64,000 bases of DNA from a virus. Positions 28,650 to 35,533 of the stretch are shown here, piece by piece. Within the stretch, counting starts at the first letter, position 1. Every line of letters starts with the position of its first letter. The notes beneath the pieces were generated by a model. It ran no database searches and was not told where the DNA came from. It was given only the letters and a program-made list of their open reading frames with translations. A program made the translations under genes and the position numbers. Where the stretch lies: the IMG/VR virus record IMGVR_UViG_3300037851_000568, positions 10,139-74,138 of that record. One strand, given 5' to 3'.

Positions 28650-30338
28650 GTGGCCAAGATCCTGGCTGGTCCTAAGCCCGGCGAGAAGCTGATCCACGAG
28701 ATGTTCAGTGGAGTCACGGCTCAGAAGCTCATTCTCGTCGAGGGGAAGGACGCCGAGGGGAAGCCGACCGGTGTCATCTCGGCGAAGGGTGTGTACGGTA
28801 AGGCCGACGAACCCACCGGGAACAACCGGATCTACCCCCGCCGTCTTCTGGAGCGCGAAGTCGCCGCTCTGCAGAAGCAGATTCAGGAGAAGGGCGGCAT
28901 CATCGGTGAGCTGGACCATCCGGCTGACGGCAAGACCAGCCTCAAGCGCGTGTCCCACGTGATCACGAAGCTTGAGATGCAGCCGGACGGCACGGTGGTT
29001 GGCGAATCCAAGATCCTCGATACGGAGTACGGCAAGACGCTCAAGGAGATCGTGAAGTCTGGTTGTGCGGTCGGCGTCTCGTCGCGTGGTCAGGGTTCGG
29101 TGACGATCAACGAGTCCGGGCAGGAGGTCGTTCAGGAGGACTTCCATCTCGTGACCTACGACTTCGTCGCGGAGCCTGCCTCTGCGTCGGCGTACCCCAC
29201 GTTCATGATGGAAAACAAGAATCGGAGGGAGGCGGAAATGGCCGACGAGAAGAAGGACCTGACGGTCGCAGACCTGAAGGCCAACCATAAGCCCTTGGTC
29301 GAGGCCATCGAGGCCGACACCAAGAAGGCTGCTGAAGAGGCGTTCGCCAAGCGTACGGCCGAGATCCGCGCCGAGGAGCGCAATCTGGCCAAGGACGAGC
29401 TTCGCGAGGCCTTCAAGAAGGAGATCATCGACACGCTCGCCGAGCAGCGTGCGGAGATCGAGAAGCAGGTCCGCAGCGAGGTCATGTCCGACCCGAAGGT
29501 GGCCCGCTCCCAGAAGGTCATGGAGACCATCAAGACGGTCCTGCGCCCCCTGATCACGGACGAGGACATCTCGGCCGAGGTCAAGGCCAAGGACGAGGAG
29601 ATCACGAAGCTCAAGGCCCAGATCGCCGAGGGCCAGAAGGCCCGCGAGGAGGCTCTGGCCGAGTCCGCCAAGCTCCGTGAGGAGATGAAGAAGATCCAGG
29701 AGCAGGTGGATCAGGTCGAGGGCGCTGCCCGCGACATGGGTTACAAGCTCTTCCTTGAGCGTTCCATGCAGGGCATGACCAAGGAGGAGAAGGCGCTGGC
29801 CATGAACTTCGTCGGAGATCTCAAGGCCATCAAGACGGCCGAGGACCTCAAGACCAAGTTCGAGAGCGCCAAGACCCGCGCCAAGGAGGTTCTGGCCGAG
29901 GCCGGAGCCAAGAAGGACGCGGTCCGCAAGACCTTCGAGGAGATCGAGAAGGAAGTCGCCAAGCTGGAGGCCGAGAATGCGGCCCTCAAGGGTGACGTCA
30001 CGAAGCTCACTGAGGGCATGGAGAAGGCGGTTGGCGCGGCCAAGAGCCTCGGTCTTCAGGCCTACGCCGAGCGCAAGATCGCCGAGCACCCGCGTCGCCC
30101 CGAGCTGCGCAAGCTGATCGAGTCGAAGTCCCTCTCCAGCAAGGAGGAAGTGGACAAGCTCGTCAGCACGCTGACCGAGGAGCGCCGCACCAGCGAATCG
30201 TTCCGTCAGATCCGCGAGGGTCTGGCCAAGGGTCAGGGCCGTAAGGAGTCCGACGATACGGTTCCTGCGCCTGAGAAGGCTGAGGTCATGGGCGTCTCGG
30301 TGTCCGAGATGCGCCGTCTGAGTGGGTTGAACAAGTAG
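28650..30338 (+). CDS. prohead protease (T4 gp21-like) fused to a scaffold coiled coil
   Basis: NNRIYP, GELDHP, GVSSRGQGS, YDFVAEP; long helical C terminus. Confidence 0.9.
   Translation: MAKILAGPKPGEKLIHEMFSGVTAQKLILVEGKDAEGKPTGVISAKGVYGKADEPTGNNRIYPRRLLEREVAALQKQIQEKGGIIGELDHPADGKTSLKRVSHVITKLEMQPDGTVVGESKILDTEYGKTLKEIVKSGCAVGVSSRGQGSVTINESGQEVVQEDFHLVTYDFVAEPASASAYPTFMMENKNRREAEMADEKKDLTVADLKANHKPLVEAIEADTKKAAEEAFAKRTAEIRAEERNLAKDELREAFKKEIIDTLAEQRAEIEKQVRSEVMSDPKVARSQKVMETIKTVLRPLITDEDISAEVKAKDEEITKLKAQIAEGQKAREEALAESAKLREEMKKIQEQVDQVEGAARDMGYKLFLERSMQGMTKEEKALAMNFVGDLKAIKTAEDLKTKFESAKTRAKEVLAEAGAKKDAVRKTFEEIEKEVAKLEAENAALKGDVTKLTEGMEKAVGAAKSLGLQAYAERKIAEHPRRPELRKLIESKSLSSKEEVDKLVSTLTEERRTSESFRQIREGLAKGQGRKESDDTVPAPEKAEVMGVSVSEMRRLSGLNK
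29238..30338 (+). CDS. nested scaffold protein from an internal in-frame start
   Basis: GGAGGGAGGCGGAAATG at 29224-29240 is identical to the MCP initiation region. Confidence 0.55.
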   Translation: MADEKKDLTVADLKANHKPLVEAIEADTKKAAEEAFAKRTAEIRAEERNLAKDELREAFKKEIIDTLAEQRAEIEKQVRSEVMSDPKVARSQKVMETIKTVLRPLITDEDISAEVKAKDEEITKLKAQIAEGQKAREEALAESAKLREEMKKIQEQVDQVEGAARDMGYKLFLERSMQGMTKEEKALAMNFVGDLKAIKTAEDLKTKFESAKTRAKEVLAEAGAKKDAVRKTFEEIEKEVAKLEAENAALKGDVTKLTEGMEKAVGAAKSLGLQAYAERKIAEHPRRPELRKLIESKSLSSKEEVDKLVSTLTEERRTSESFRQIREGLAKGQGRKESDDTVPAPEKAEVMGVSVSEMRRLSGLNK

Positions 30339-30366
30339 AAAGATTCTCCTTTGGAGGGAGGCGGAA

Positions 30367-31770
30367 ATGCGTACTGATGTGGTGTCCCTGCCCGAGGCGC
30401 GTCGGTCTGTCGCCGATAAGGCCTTCACGGGCGCTCTCGCTACGAAGTGGAAGGACCTTCTCGAAGGCGTTCAGGGCGATCACGTGCGTCGGAGCACGGC
30501 GATCCTCCTGGAGAACGAGATGCAGTTCCTCCAGAACCTGACGGAGGAGACTCGTGCGGCTCAGACGGGCCCGTTCACGAAGTTCATCTTCCCGCTGATC
30601 CGTCGGGTGTACCCGAACCTGATCGCCAACAACATCGTCTCGGTGCAGCCGATGACGAGCCCGGTCGGCGCGATCTTCTTCTTCCGTTACCGTTACGGCA
30701 CCAACAAGGGTGCGACGACGGCCGGAACGGAGATGATCCCCCAGCCGAACTTCGACCGCTTCTACGGGAGCGAGTCGGTCTTCGGTGAGTCCATTGGCGT
30801 CGGTGACGGCGCTACGCTGGTGTACACCACGGTCCTGGACTTCACGCCGGTTCGTCTGCCCGGTCTGACGGTCACGGCCGGTTCGGTGGTCGGCACGGCG
30901 GACGCCGCTGGTTCGATCACGGGCACGGGCATCGTGTCCGGCTCCGTGAACACGGCTACCGGTGCGATCACGGTCACGTTCGCGGCCGCCCCGGCGGCTG
31001 GCGTGCCCATCGTGTCCAACTACCAGTACAACAGCGAGCTGAACCCCAGCGTGCCGCAGGTCAACCTGGACATCGAGCTGATCGAGGTCCGGGTCCAGAC
31101 CCGCAAGCTCAAGGCGCTGTGGTCCAGCGAGGCGGCGGACGACCTCCGCAGCCTGCACGGCATGGACATCGAGACCGAGCTGGTCGCCGGTATCGCCAGC
31201 GAGCTGGCCACCGAGATCGACCGCGAGATCCTCGACGACCTGCTGGGCGGTGCGCTCAGCGGCGTGCCGGGCCTCTTCGCTCCGTCGACGGACACCTTCA
31301 ACCGGCCCGCTCCGGCTGGCGTGTCCGACTTCGAGCACATCCGGGGCATCATCATCCCGATCTCGAACGTGGCGAACAAGATCCACAAGAACACCCTGCG
31401 TGCGCCGGGTAACTGGATCGTCTGCTCGCCCGAGGTCGCCTCGGTGCTGGACAGCCTGCCGTTCTTCCAGGCGGTGGATCCCGCGCAGTACACGTACACG
31501 GGGACCATCGTCAAGATCGGCACGCTCCAGTCGAAGTGGACGGTCTACAAGGACCCCTACTTCACGAAGGACCGGATGCTGGTCGGCTACCAGGGCCCCA
31601 GCTTCCTCGACACCGGCTACGTCTGGGCCCCGTACATCCCCCTGCAGGTGACGCCGACGTTCCTCGATCCGGCGGACTTCACCCTGCGGAAGGGTCTCCG
31701 TACGCGGTACGGCAAGAAGCTGGTCCGTCCGGAGTTCTACGGAACTGTTCAGGTCACGAACTTGCCCTGA
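30367..31770 (+). CDS. major capsid protein (T4 gp23-like)
   Basis: TAILLENE, PLIRRVYPNLIA, VQPMTSPVG, RKLKALWS, YVWAPYIPL, RTRYG. Confidence 0.95.
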   Translation: MRTDVVSLPEARRSVADKAFTGALATKWKDLLEGVQGDHVRRSTAILLENEMQFLQNLTEETRAAQTGPFTKFIFPLIRRVYPNLIANNIVSVQPMTSPVGAIFFFRYRYGTNKGATTAGTEMIPQPNFDRFYGSESVFGESIGVGDGATLVYTTVLDFTPVRLPGLTVTAGSVVGTADAAGSITGTGIVSGSVNTATGAITVTFAAAPAAGVPIVSNYQYNSELNPSVPQVNLDIELIEVRVQTRKLKALWSSEAADDLRSLHGMDIETELVAGIASELATEIDREILDDLLGGALSGVPGLFAPSTDTFNRPAPAGVSDFEHIRGIIIPISNVANKIHKNTLRAPGNWIVCSPEVASVLDSLPFFQAVDPAQYTYTGTIVKIGTLQSKWTVYKDPYFTKDRMLVGYQGPSFLDTGYVWAPYIPLQVTPTFLDPADFTLRKGLRTRYGKKLVRPEFYGTVQVTNLP

Positions 31771-31817
31771 GCCTAGTAGCTTGCGCTTTTCCTTGACTTA
31801 ACCTCTAAGGAGAATCG

Positions 31818-31856
31818 GGAGCCACTCGGGAAACCGGGTGGCTCCTTTTTCTTTTT
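31818..31856 (+). terminator. intrinsic terminator after the MCP gene
   Basis: 12-bp stem, GAAA loop, TTTTTCTTTTT. Confidence 0.9.
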
Positions 31857-31879
31857 CGCCTATTTTTCAGATTTTCCAA

Positions 31880-31907
31880 TGGACAAACAGGAATCGGTGG
31901 TTATAGT
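31880..31907 (+). promoter_or_regulatory. promoter TGGACA-N16-TATAGT
   Basis: AT-rich region after the MCP terminator. Confidence 0.55.
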
Positions 31908-31945
31908 AAGTGAGCAAGGAGACGGAACTTCAGTGATTACGCAAG

Positions 31946-32073
31946 CCCACAACTGGTCCGAAGGCAAAACGACACGAGCGGCGGAGTTGCTCGTGAGCGG
32001 GTTTGCCATTCCCTGCCTGAATACCTCGCGGTATTCCGACAAGCCGCAGGGTAGGACGACCCCGGTTGTGGGA
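31946..32073 (+). ncRNA. unclassified structured RNA core (three-way junction)
   Basis: CCCACAACTGG/CCGGTTGTGGG closing helix enclosing GGCAAA/TTTGCC and CCCTGC/GCAGGG arms; has its own promoter and terminator. Confidence 0.45.
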
Positions 32074-32109
32074 GCGCGGAAGATGTAGCAGAAGTAGCCA
32101 GAAGACGCG

Positions 32110-32150
32110 ACCCCGCAACCGGGAAACTGGGTGCGGGGTTTTTTGTTTTT
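32110..32150 (+). terminator. intrinsic terminator
   Basis: ACCCCGCA...TGCGGGGT stem, GAAA loop, long T tract. Confidence 0.85.
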
Positions 32151-32279
32151 CCGGGATCTGCCCGCCGCCATCGGCCGAGGCCGGGGACGGGCGGAAGAGC
32201 GGCCGAAAGGCCGGTTGACAATCGGGCCAGACAGCAAAAACGAGGCGGAGCACCTCGGGAAGAGATGCTCCGCCTGCTT

Positions 32280-32353
32280 GCGGGTGTCGTTCAATGGCAG
32301 GACCTCAGTCTTCCAAACTGAAGACGCCGGTTCGATTCCGGTCACCCGCTCCA
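32280..32353 (+). tRNA. trnG: tRNA-Gly(TCC)
   Basis: Cloverleaf, TTCGA, CCA. Confidence 0.92.
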
Positions 32354-32354
32354 C

Positions 32355-32428
32355 AGGCCGGTGGTGAAGTGGTATCACGACTGTTTCCAAATCAGTAGTC
32401 CGGGGTTCGATCCCCCGCTGGCCTGCCA
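32355..32428 (+). tRNA. trnW: tRNA-Trp(CCA)
   Basis: Cloverleaf, G73, CCA. Confidence 0.88.
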
Positions 32429-32435
32429 AAAATTT

Positions 32436-32510
32436 GGTCCCGGAGTGTGACGGACAGCACGACACCCTGTCACGGTGTTAGAACGGGTTCGACTCCCGTC
32501 GGGATCGCCA
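32436..32510 (+). tRNA. trnD: tRNA-Asp(GTC)
   Basis: Cloverleaf, G73, CCA. Confidence 0.92.
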
Positions 32511-32511
32511 C

Positions 32512-32586
32512 TGGGGCGTGGTGTAACCGGTAGCACGTCTGACTCTGAATCAGAAAATCAAGGTTCGAGTCCTTGCGCCCCAGCCA
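32512..32586 (+). tRNA. trnQ: tRNA-Gln(CTG)
   Basis: U1:A72, G73, CCA. Confidence 0.92.
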
Positions 32587-32590
32587 ACTT

Positions 32591-32666
32591 GGACGACTAG
32601 CTAATCTAGTGAAAGCGCCGGTCTGAAAAGCCGGAGAGCCCGGAGCGAAACCGGGGTCGTCCACCA
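32591..32666 (+). tRNA. trnF: tRNA-Phe(GAA), T-loop AGCGAAA
   Basis: Cloverleaf, CCA. Confidence 0.85.
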
Positions 32667-32675
32667 AAAATTCGA

Positions 32676-32753
32676 CGCAGGGGAGAGGCACCCGGTGACC
32701 TCACCAGGCTCATAACCTGGGGCTTGTGGGTTCAAATCCCATCCCTGCTACCA
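32676..32753 (+). tRNA. trnM: tRNA-fMet-like (CAT)
   Basis: C1:U72 mismatch; CAT anticodon; only two of the three initiator GC pairs. Confidence 0.8.
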
Positions 32754-32754
32754 A

Positions 32755-32828
32755 GGGCCCGTCGTCCAACGGTAAGACACCTGCCTTGCAAGCAGGGAAT
32801 AGGAGTTCAACTCTCCTCGGGTCCACCA
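32755..32828 (+). tRNA. trnA: tRNA-Ala(TGC)
   Basis: G3:U70, CCA. Confidence 0.92.
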
Positions 32829-32834
32829 AATTTC

Positions 32835-32871
32835 GGGTGTGCTTGAATGTGGGAACGCTAGACTGTAAACT
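32835..32871 (+). pseudogene. 5' half of a disrupted tRNA-Tyr (overlaps a TTGAAT-N17-TAAACT promoter)
   Basis: GGGTGTG acceptor strand and CTGTAAA anticodon loop; pairs with CGCGCCC at 33513-33519. Confidence 0.5.
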
Positions 32872-32877
32872 ATCTTT

Positions 32878-33381
32878 ATGCCAGCTTTCGCGTCTTTAGA
32901 GCAACGATTCTGGTCGAAGGTCAAGAAGTCCGAATCCGGTTGCTGGTTGTGGATGGGGAGTCGGTCCAAATCTGGGTACGGATGGATTCATCTCGGAGGA
33001 AACCCGTACAAGGGCACCCGAAAAGGCGGAAGGGCGCATCGTGTCTCATGGGAGTTTGCTTTCGGCTCCATCCCCGATGGGCTAGATGTCCTTCACAAGT
33101 GCGATAATCCTCCATGCGTTCGCCCGGATCATCTCTTCCTCGGAAACGACTCCTCAAACGTACGGGACATGATCGAGAAGGGGAGGGCGTGGTTCCAGAC
33201 CCAACCCGGAGTAGCTCCTCGTGGGGAGAAAAATGGAAGGGCCAAGATGACGTGGAGAAGAGTTCGCCGCATCCGAAACCTGCATCGAAAAGGTGTTTCT
33301 CTTCGTGAGCTTGGGAGGATGTTTAGGCTCGACTTCTCTACAGTTGGAAGCATTGTTCGCAGGGAGACGTGGAAGGAATAA
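32878..33381 (+). CDS. free-standing HNH homing endonuclease (HNH + C-terminal HTH)
   Basis: FWSKV..GCWLW..GYG..AHRVSW..HKCDNPPCVRPDHL..N..DM..KGR, GEKNGRAK. Confidence 0.9.
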   Translation: MPAFASLEQRFWSKVKKSESGCWLWMGSRSKSGYGWIHLGGNPYKGTRKGGRAHRVSWEFAFGSIPDGLDVLHKCDNPPCVRPDHLFLGNDSSNVRDMIEKGRAWFQTQPGVAPRGEKNGRAKMTWRRVRRIRNLHRKGVSLRELGRMFRLDFSTVGSIVRRETWKE

Positions 33382-33474
33382 GCCGGGGCTGGGCAGGTCT
33401 AGGACAAAGAGCCCATCTGCCTGTAAAGCAGACGCCTTCGGGTTGTGTGGGTGCGAATCCCACCTCCGGCACCA
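33382..33474 (+). tRNA. trnY: tRNA-Tyr(GTA), enlarged D-loop, T-loop TGCGAAT
   Basis: TCTGC-CTGTAAA-GCAGA, long variable arm, CCA; starts immediately after the HNH stop. Confidence 0.85.
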
Positions 33475-33523
33475 AAACTCGTGCCCTTGTGGATAGGCGG
33501 TTCGATTCCTCACGCGCCCACCA
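33475..33523 (+). pseudogene. 3' half of a disrupted tRNA (T-arm remnant, acceptor strand, ACCA)
   Basis: GGTTCGATTCC...CGCGCCC-A-CCA with no 5' half adjacent. Confidence 0.55.
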
Positions 33524-33533
33524 AAGACTTCGC

Positions 33534-33601
33534 GGCTCGACGCGATCCTGAAAGACGTGAACAGGGATACCGAAGGAAATGTTGGCCCTGCGCGTCGAGC
33601 C
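33534..33601 (+). ncRNA. small unclassified structured RNA
   Basis: Perfect 11-bp helix GGCTCGACGCG/CGCGTCGAGCC between tRNAs. Confidence 0.45.
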
Positions 33602-33606
33602 CGTAC

Positions 33607-33680
33607 TGCCCTGTCATCTAACGGTAGGATGCTGGTCCTTGAAACCGGTCATGAGCGTTCGAGTCGCTCCGGGGCAACCA
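33607..33680 (+). tRNA. trnQ: tRNA-Gln(TTG) with C33
   Basis: U1:A72; loop CC-TTG-AA; CCA. Confidence 0.8.
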
Positions 33681-33688
33681 ATCTTTCT

Positions 33689-33763
33689 GGGGGAGTAGTC
33701 GAGCAGCAAGACGCCTCGTTGCCAACGAGGAGATCGCGGGGGCGGAACCCGTCTCCCCCTCCA
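33689..33763 (+). tRNA. trnG: tRNA-Gly(GCC), T-loop GGCGGAA
   Basis: Cloverleaf, U73, CCA. Confidence 0.85.
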
Positions 33764-33764
33764 A

Positions 33765-33839
33765 CGGCCCGTAGCTCAACGGTCAGAGCACTCGGTTGAT
33801 AACCGAGCGACGAAGGTTCGACTCCTTCTGGGCCGACCA
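33765..33839 (+). tRNA. trnI: tRNA-Ile(GAT)
   Basis: Cloverleaf, CCA. Confidence 0.92.
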
Positions 33840-33850
33840 GATTTCTACAT

Positions 33851-33927
33851 GGTGGCCATGGTGTAGTAGCTCTGCACGCCTGACTGTCACTCAGGAGGTA
33901 CGGGGGCGGAACCCGTTGGTCACCCCA
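33851..33927 (+). tRNA. tRNA with a His-type acceptor (G-1:C73) and Asp anticodon GTC
   Basis: G-GTGGCCA/TGGTCAC-C-CCA; CCTGA-CT-GTC-AC-TCAGG; T-loop GGCGGAA. Confidence 0.8.
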
Positions 33928-33933
33928 AAATTC

Positions 33934-34008
33934 CGGGACGTAGGGGAATGGTACCCCGCCTCTTTGGGGTAGAGGAAGTCGCGAGTTCGATTCTCGCCGT
34001 CCCGACCA
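33934..34008 (+). tRNA. trnP: tRNA-Pro(GGG)
   Basis: C1:G72, CCA. Confidence 0.92.
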
Positions 34009-34009
34009 C

Positions 34010-34083
34010 GCCCGCATAGGTCAGAGGCAGACCGCCAGCATGACACGCTGGAAACGGAGGTTCGATTCCTCCTGTGGGCACCA
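34010..34083 (+). tRNA. trnV: tRNA-Val(GAC)
   Basis: Cloverleaf, CCA. Confidence 0.9.
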
Positions 34084-34086
34084 CTA

Positions 34087-34160
34087 GCCGGTGTAGGATA
34101 ACGGCAGTCCACCAACTTGGTAAGTTGGGAGAGCGGGTTCGACTCCCGCCATCGGCTCCA
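34087..34160 (+). tRNA. trnT: tRNA-Thr(GGT)
   Basis: Cloverleaf, CCA. Confidence 0.92.
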
Positions 34161-34163
34161 CCT

Positions 34164-34239
34164 GCTGGCGTAGCTCAACTGGTAGAGCACCTGTTTTGTA
34201 AACAGGCGGTTGCCCGTTCAACCCGGGTCGCCAGCTCCA
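34164..34239 (+). tRNA. trnT: tRNA-Thr(TGT)
   Basis: Cloverleaf, CCA. Confidence 0.92.
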
Positions 34240-34266
34240 ATAAAAAAGCCCTCCGACAGGGAGGGC
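34240..34266 (-). terminator. minus-strand intrinsic terminator inside the tRNA array
   Basis: Minus strand reads GCCCTCC-CTGTC-GGAGGGC-TTTTTTAT. Confidence 0.6.
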
Positions 34267-34310
34267 CAAAGCTGGGTTGTCCACTAGGGACTGGACCAGC
34301 AGTATATCAC

Positions 34311-34384
34311 GCCGCTCTGGTGCAACAGCAGCACGCCGGTCTCATAAGCCGGAAATCCCGGGGCAGCTCCGGGGGGCGGTACCA
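34311..34384 (+). tRNA. tRNA-Met/Ile2(CAT), T-loop GGCAGCT
   Basis: Cloverleaf, CCA. Confidence 0.8.
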
Positions 34385-34385
34385 C

Positions 34386-34481
34386 GGAGGGGTAAGCGGG
34401 TGGGAACCCGCCGCCGTCTCGAAATCGGATGGCACCCGAGATTCAACCGGGTGTGGGGTTCGACTCCTCACCCCTCCTCCA
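34386..34481 (+). tRNA. trnS: tRNA-Ser(CGA)
   Basis: Long variable arm; U73; CCA. Confidence 0.85.
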
Positions 34482-34482
34482 C

Positions 34483-34572
34483 GGAGACGAAGGCAGTCAG
34501 CGTGCCGCAGCGGCTTGAACCCGCTTGCCCGGCCAGTCCGGGTCGCGTGTGCAACTCACGCCGTCTCCTCCA
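34483..34572 (+). tRNA. trnS: tRNA-Ser(TGA), T-loop TGCAACT
   Basis: Long variable arm; U73; CCA. Confidence 0.85.
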
Positions 34573-34582
34573 AAACATTCAC

Positions 34583-34668
34583 GGAGGCGTTGGGCATTGG
34601 CAGGCCCACTTCCTTGGAAAGGAAGCGTCGTAACTGGCGTGCGCGTTCGACTCGCGCCGCCTCCGCCA
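34583..34668 (+). tRNA. trnS: tRNA-Ser(GGA)
   Basis: Long variable arm; G73; CCA. Confidence 0.9.
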
Positions 34669-34669
34669 T

Positions 34670-34755
34670 GGAGAGGTAGGCTAATTGGTAAGCCACCACT
34701 TTGCTAAAGTGGCGCTGTAAAAGGCTTGCGGGTTCGAGCCCCGCCCTCTCCGCCA
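34670..34755 (+). tRNA. trnS: tRNA-Ser(GCT)
   Basis: Long variable arm; G73; CCA. Confidence 0.9.
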
Positions 34756-34814
34756 TCAAGAACAAAGGGTCCTGATCAGGATAGCGTGCTCAGCACGATG
34801 GTCGGGCCAAGAAT

Positions 34815-34888
34815 GGACGCGTGGCCAAATAGCAAGGCACCCGTTTGCAAAGCGGGTAGTGCAGGTGCAAGTCCTGCCGCGTCCTCCA
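34815..34888 (+). tRNA. trnC: tRNA-Cys(GCA), T-loop TGCAAGT
   Basis: U73; CCA. Confidence 0.88.
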
Positions 34889-34895
34889 AATATTT

Positions 34896-34972
34896 GCCGG
34901 GGTAGCTCATTTTAGTAGAGCGCCTGCTTCGTAAGCAGGAGGTGGCGGGGGCAGAGCCCGCCCTCGGCTCCA
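34896..34972 (+). tRNA. trnT: tRNA-Thr(CGT), T-loop GGCAGAG
   Basis: Cloverleaf, CCA. Confidence 0.85.
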
Positions 34973-34973
34973 T

Positions 34974-35047
34974 TCCAGCGTGAGGTAATGGTAGCCTGAC
35001 GGATTGTTAATCCGTTCGCGGTGGTTCGACCCCACCCGCTGGAGCCA
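34974..35047 (+). tRNA. trnN: tRNA-Asn(GTT)
   Basis: U1:A72, G73, CCA. Confidence 0.92.
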
Positions 35048-35052
35048 ATCTT

Positions 35053-35124
35053 GTCCCCGTGGCCGAGCAGAGAGGCTCCCGTCTTCTAAACGGGCCGACG
35101 TGGGCGCAAATCCCACCGGGGATA
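35053..35124 (+). tRNA. trnR: tRNA-Arg(TCT), T-loop CGCAAAT, no encoded CCA
   Basis: Cloverleaf; the next tRNA starts at 35126. Confidence 0.82.
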
Positions 35125-35125
35125 C

Positions 35126-35199
35126 GGCCTCGTCGTCTATCGGAAGGACGCCGCCCTCTCAAGGCGGAAAGGTGGGTTCGACTCCCATCGAGGCTGCCA
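35126..35199 (+). tRNA. trnE: tRNA-Glu(CTC)
   Basis: Cloverleaf, G73, CCA. Confidence 0.92.
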
Positions 35200-35204
35200 A
35201 TCTT

Positions 35205-35279
35205 GGGCCGCTCGTCTACGAGGTAGGATCTCTGGTTTTCACCCAGAAGAACGGGGTGCGACTCCCCGGCGGCCTACCA
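35205..35279 (+). tRNA. trnE: tRNA-Glu(TTC), T-loop TGCGACT
   Basis: Cloverleaf, A73, CCA. Confidence 0.87.
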
Positions 35280-35280
35280 C

Positions 35281-35354
35281 GCCTCCGTAGTCTAACAGGA
35301 AGAGACCCGGTTTTTACCCGGGGGATGGAGGTGCAAATCCTCCCGGAGGCACCA
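35281..35354 (+). tRNA. trnK: tRNA-Lys(TTT), T-loop TGCAAAT
   Basis: Cloverleaf, CCA. Confidence 0.87.
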
Positions 35355-35366
35355 ACAAAAATATTC

Positions 35367-35441
35367 GCCTTCGTAGGTCAATTGGAAGACGACCTCGCTC
35401 TTAACGAGGGGATCTCGGTTCGAGTCCGAGCGAAGGCACCA
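35367..35441 (+). tRNA. trnK: tRNA-Lys(CTT)
   Basis: Cloverleaf, CCA. Confidence 0.92.
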
Positions 35442-35446
35442 ATCTT

Positions 35447-35529
35447 GCCCCGGTGCTTGGAATTGGCATACAGCCCTCACTCAAAACGAGGGGCCGAAAG
35501 GCGTGTGGGTTCGACTCCCTCCCGGGGCA
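35447..35529 (+). tRNA. trnL: tRNA-Leu(CAA), followed by CCG rather than CCA
   Basis: Long variable arm; A73. Confidence 0.87.
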
Positions 35530-35533
35530 CCGT

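Noticed and set aside
33541-33600. Hammerhead or HDV-like (theta) ribozyme
   Set aside because: CTGAAAGA does not match CUGANGA, and I found no nested double-pseudoknot pattern.
34767-34808. Sec/UGA-suppressor tRNA (CGTGC-TCA-GCACG)
   Set aside because: The loop is 3 nt and there is no T-arm, acceptor end or CCA; it is only a spacer hairpin.
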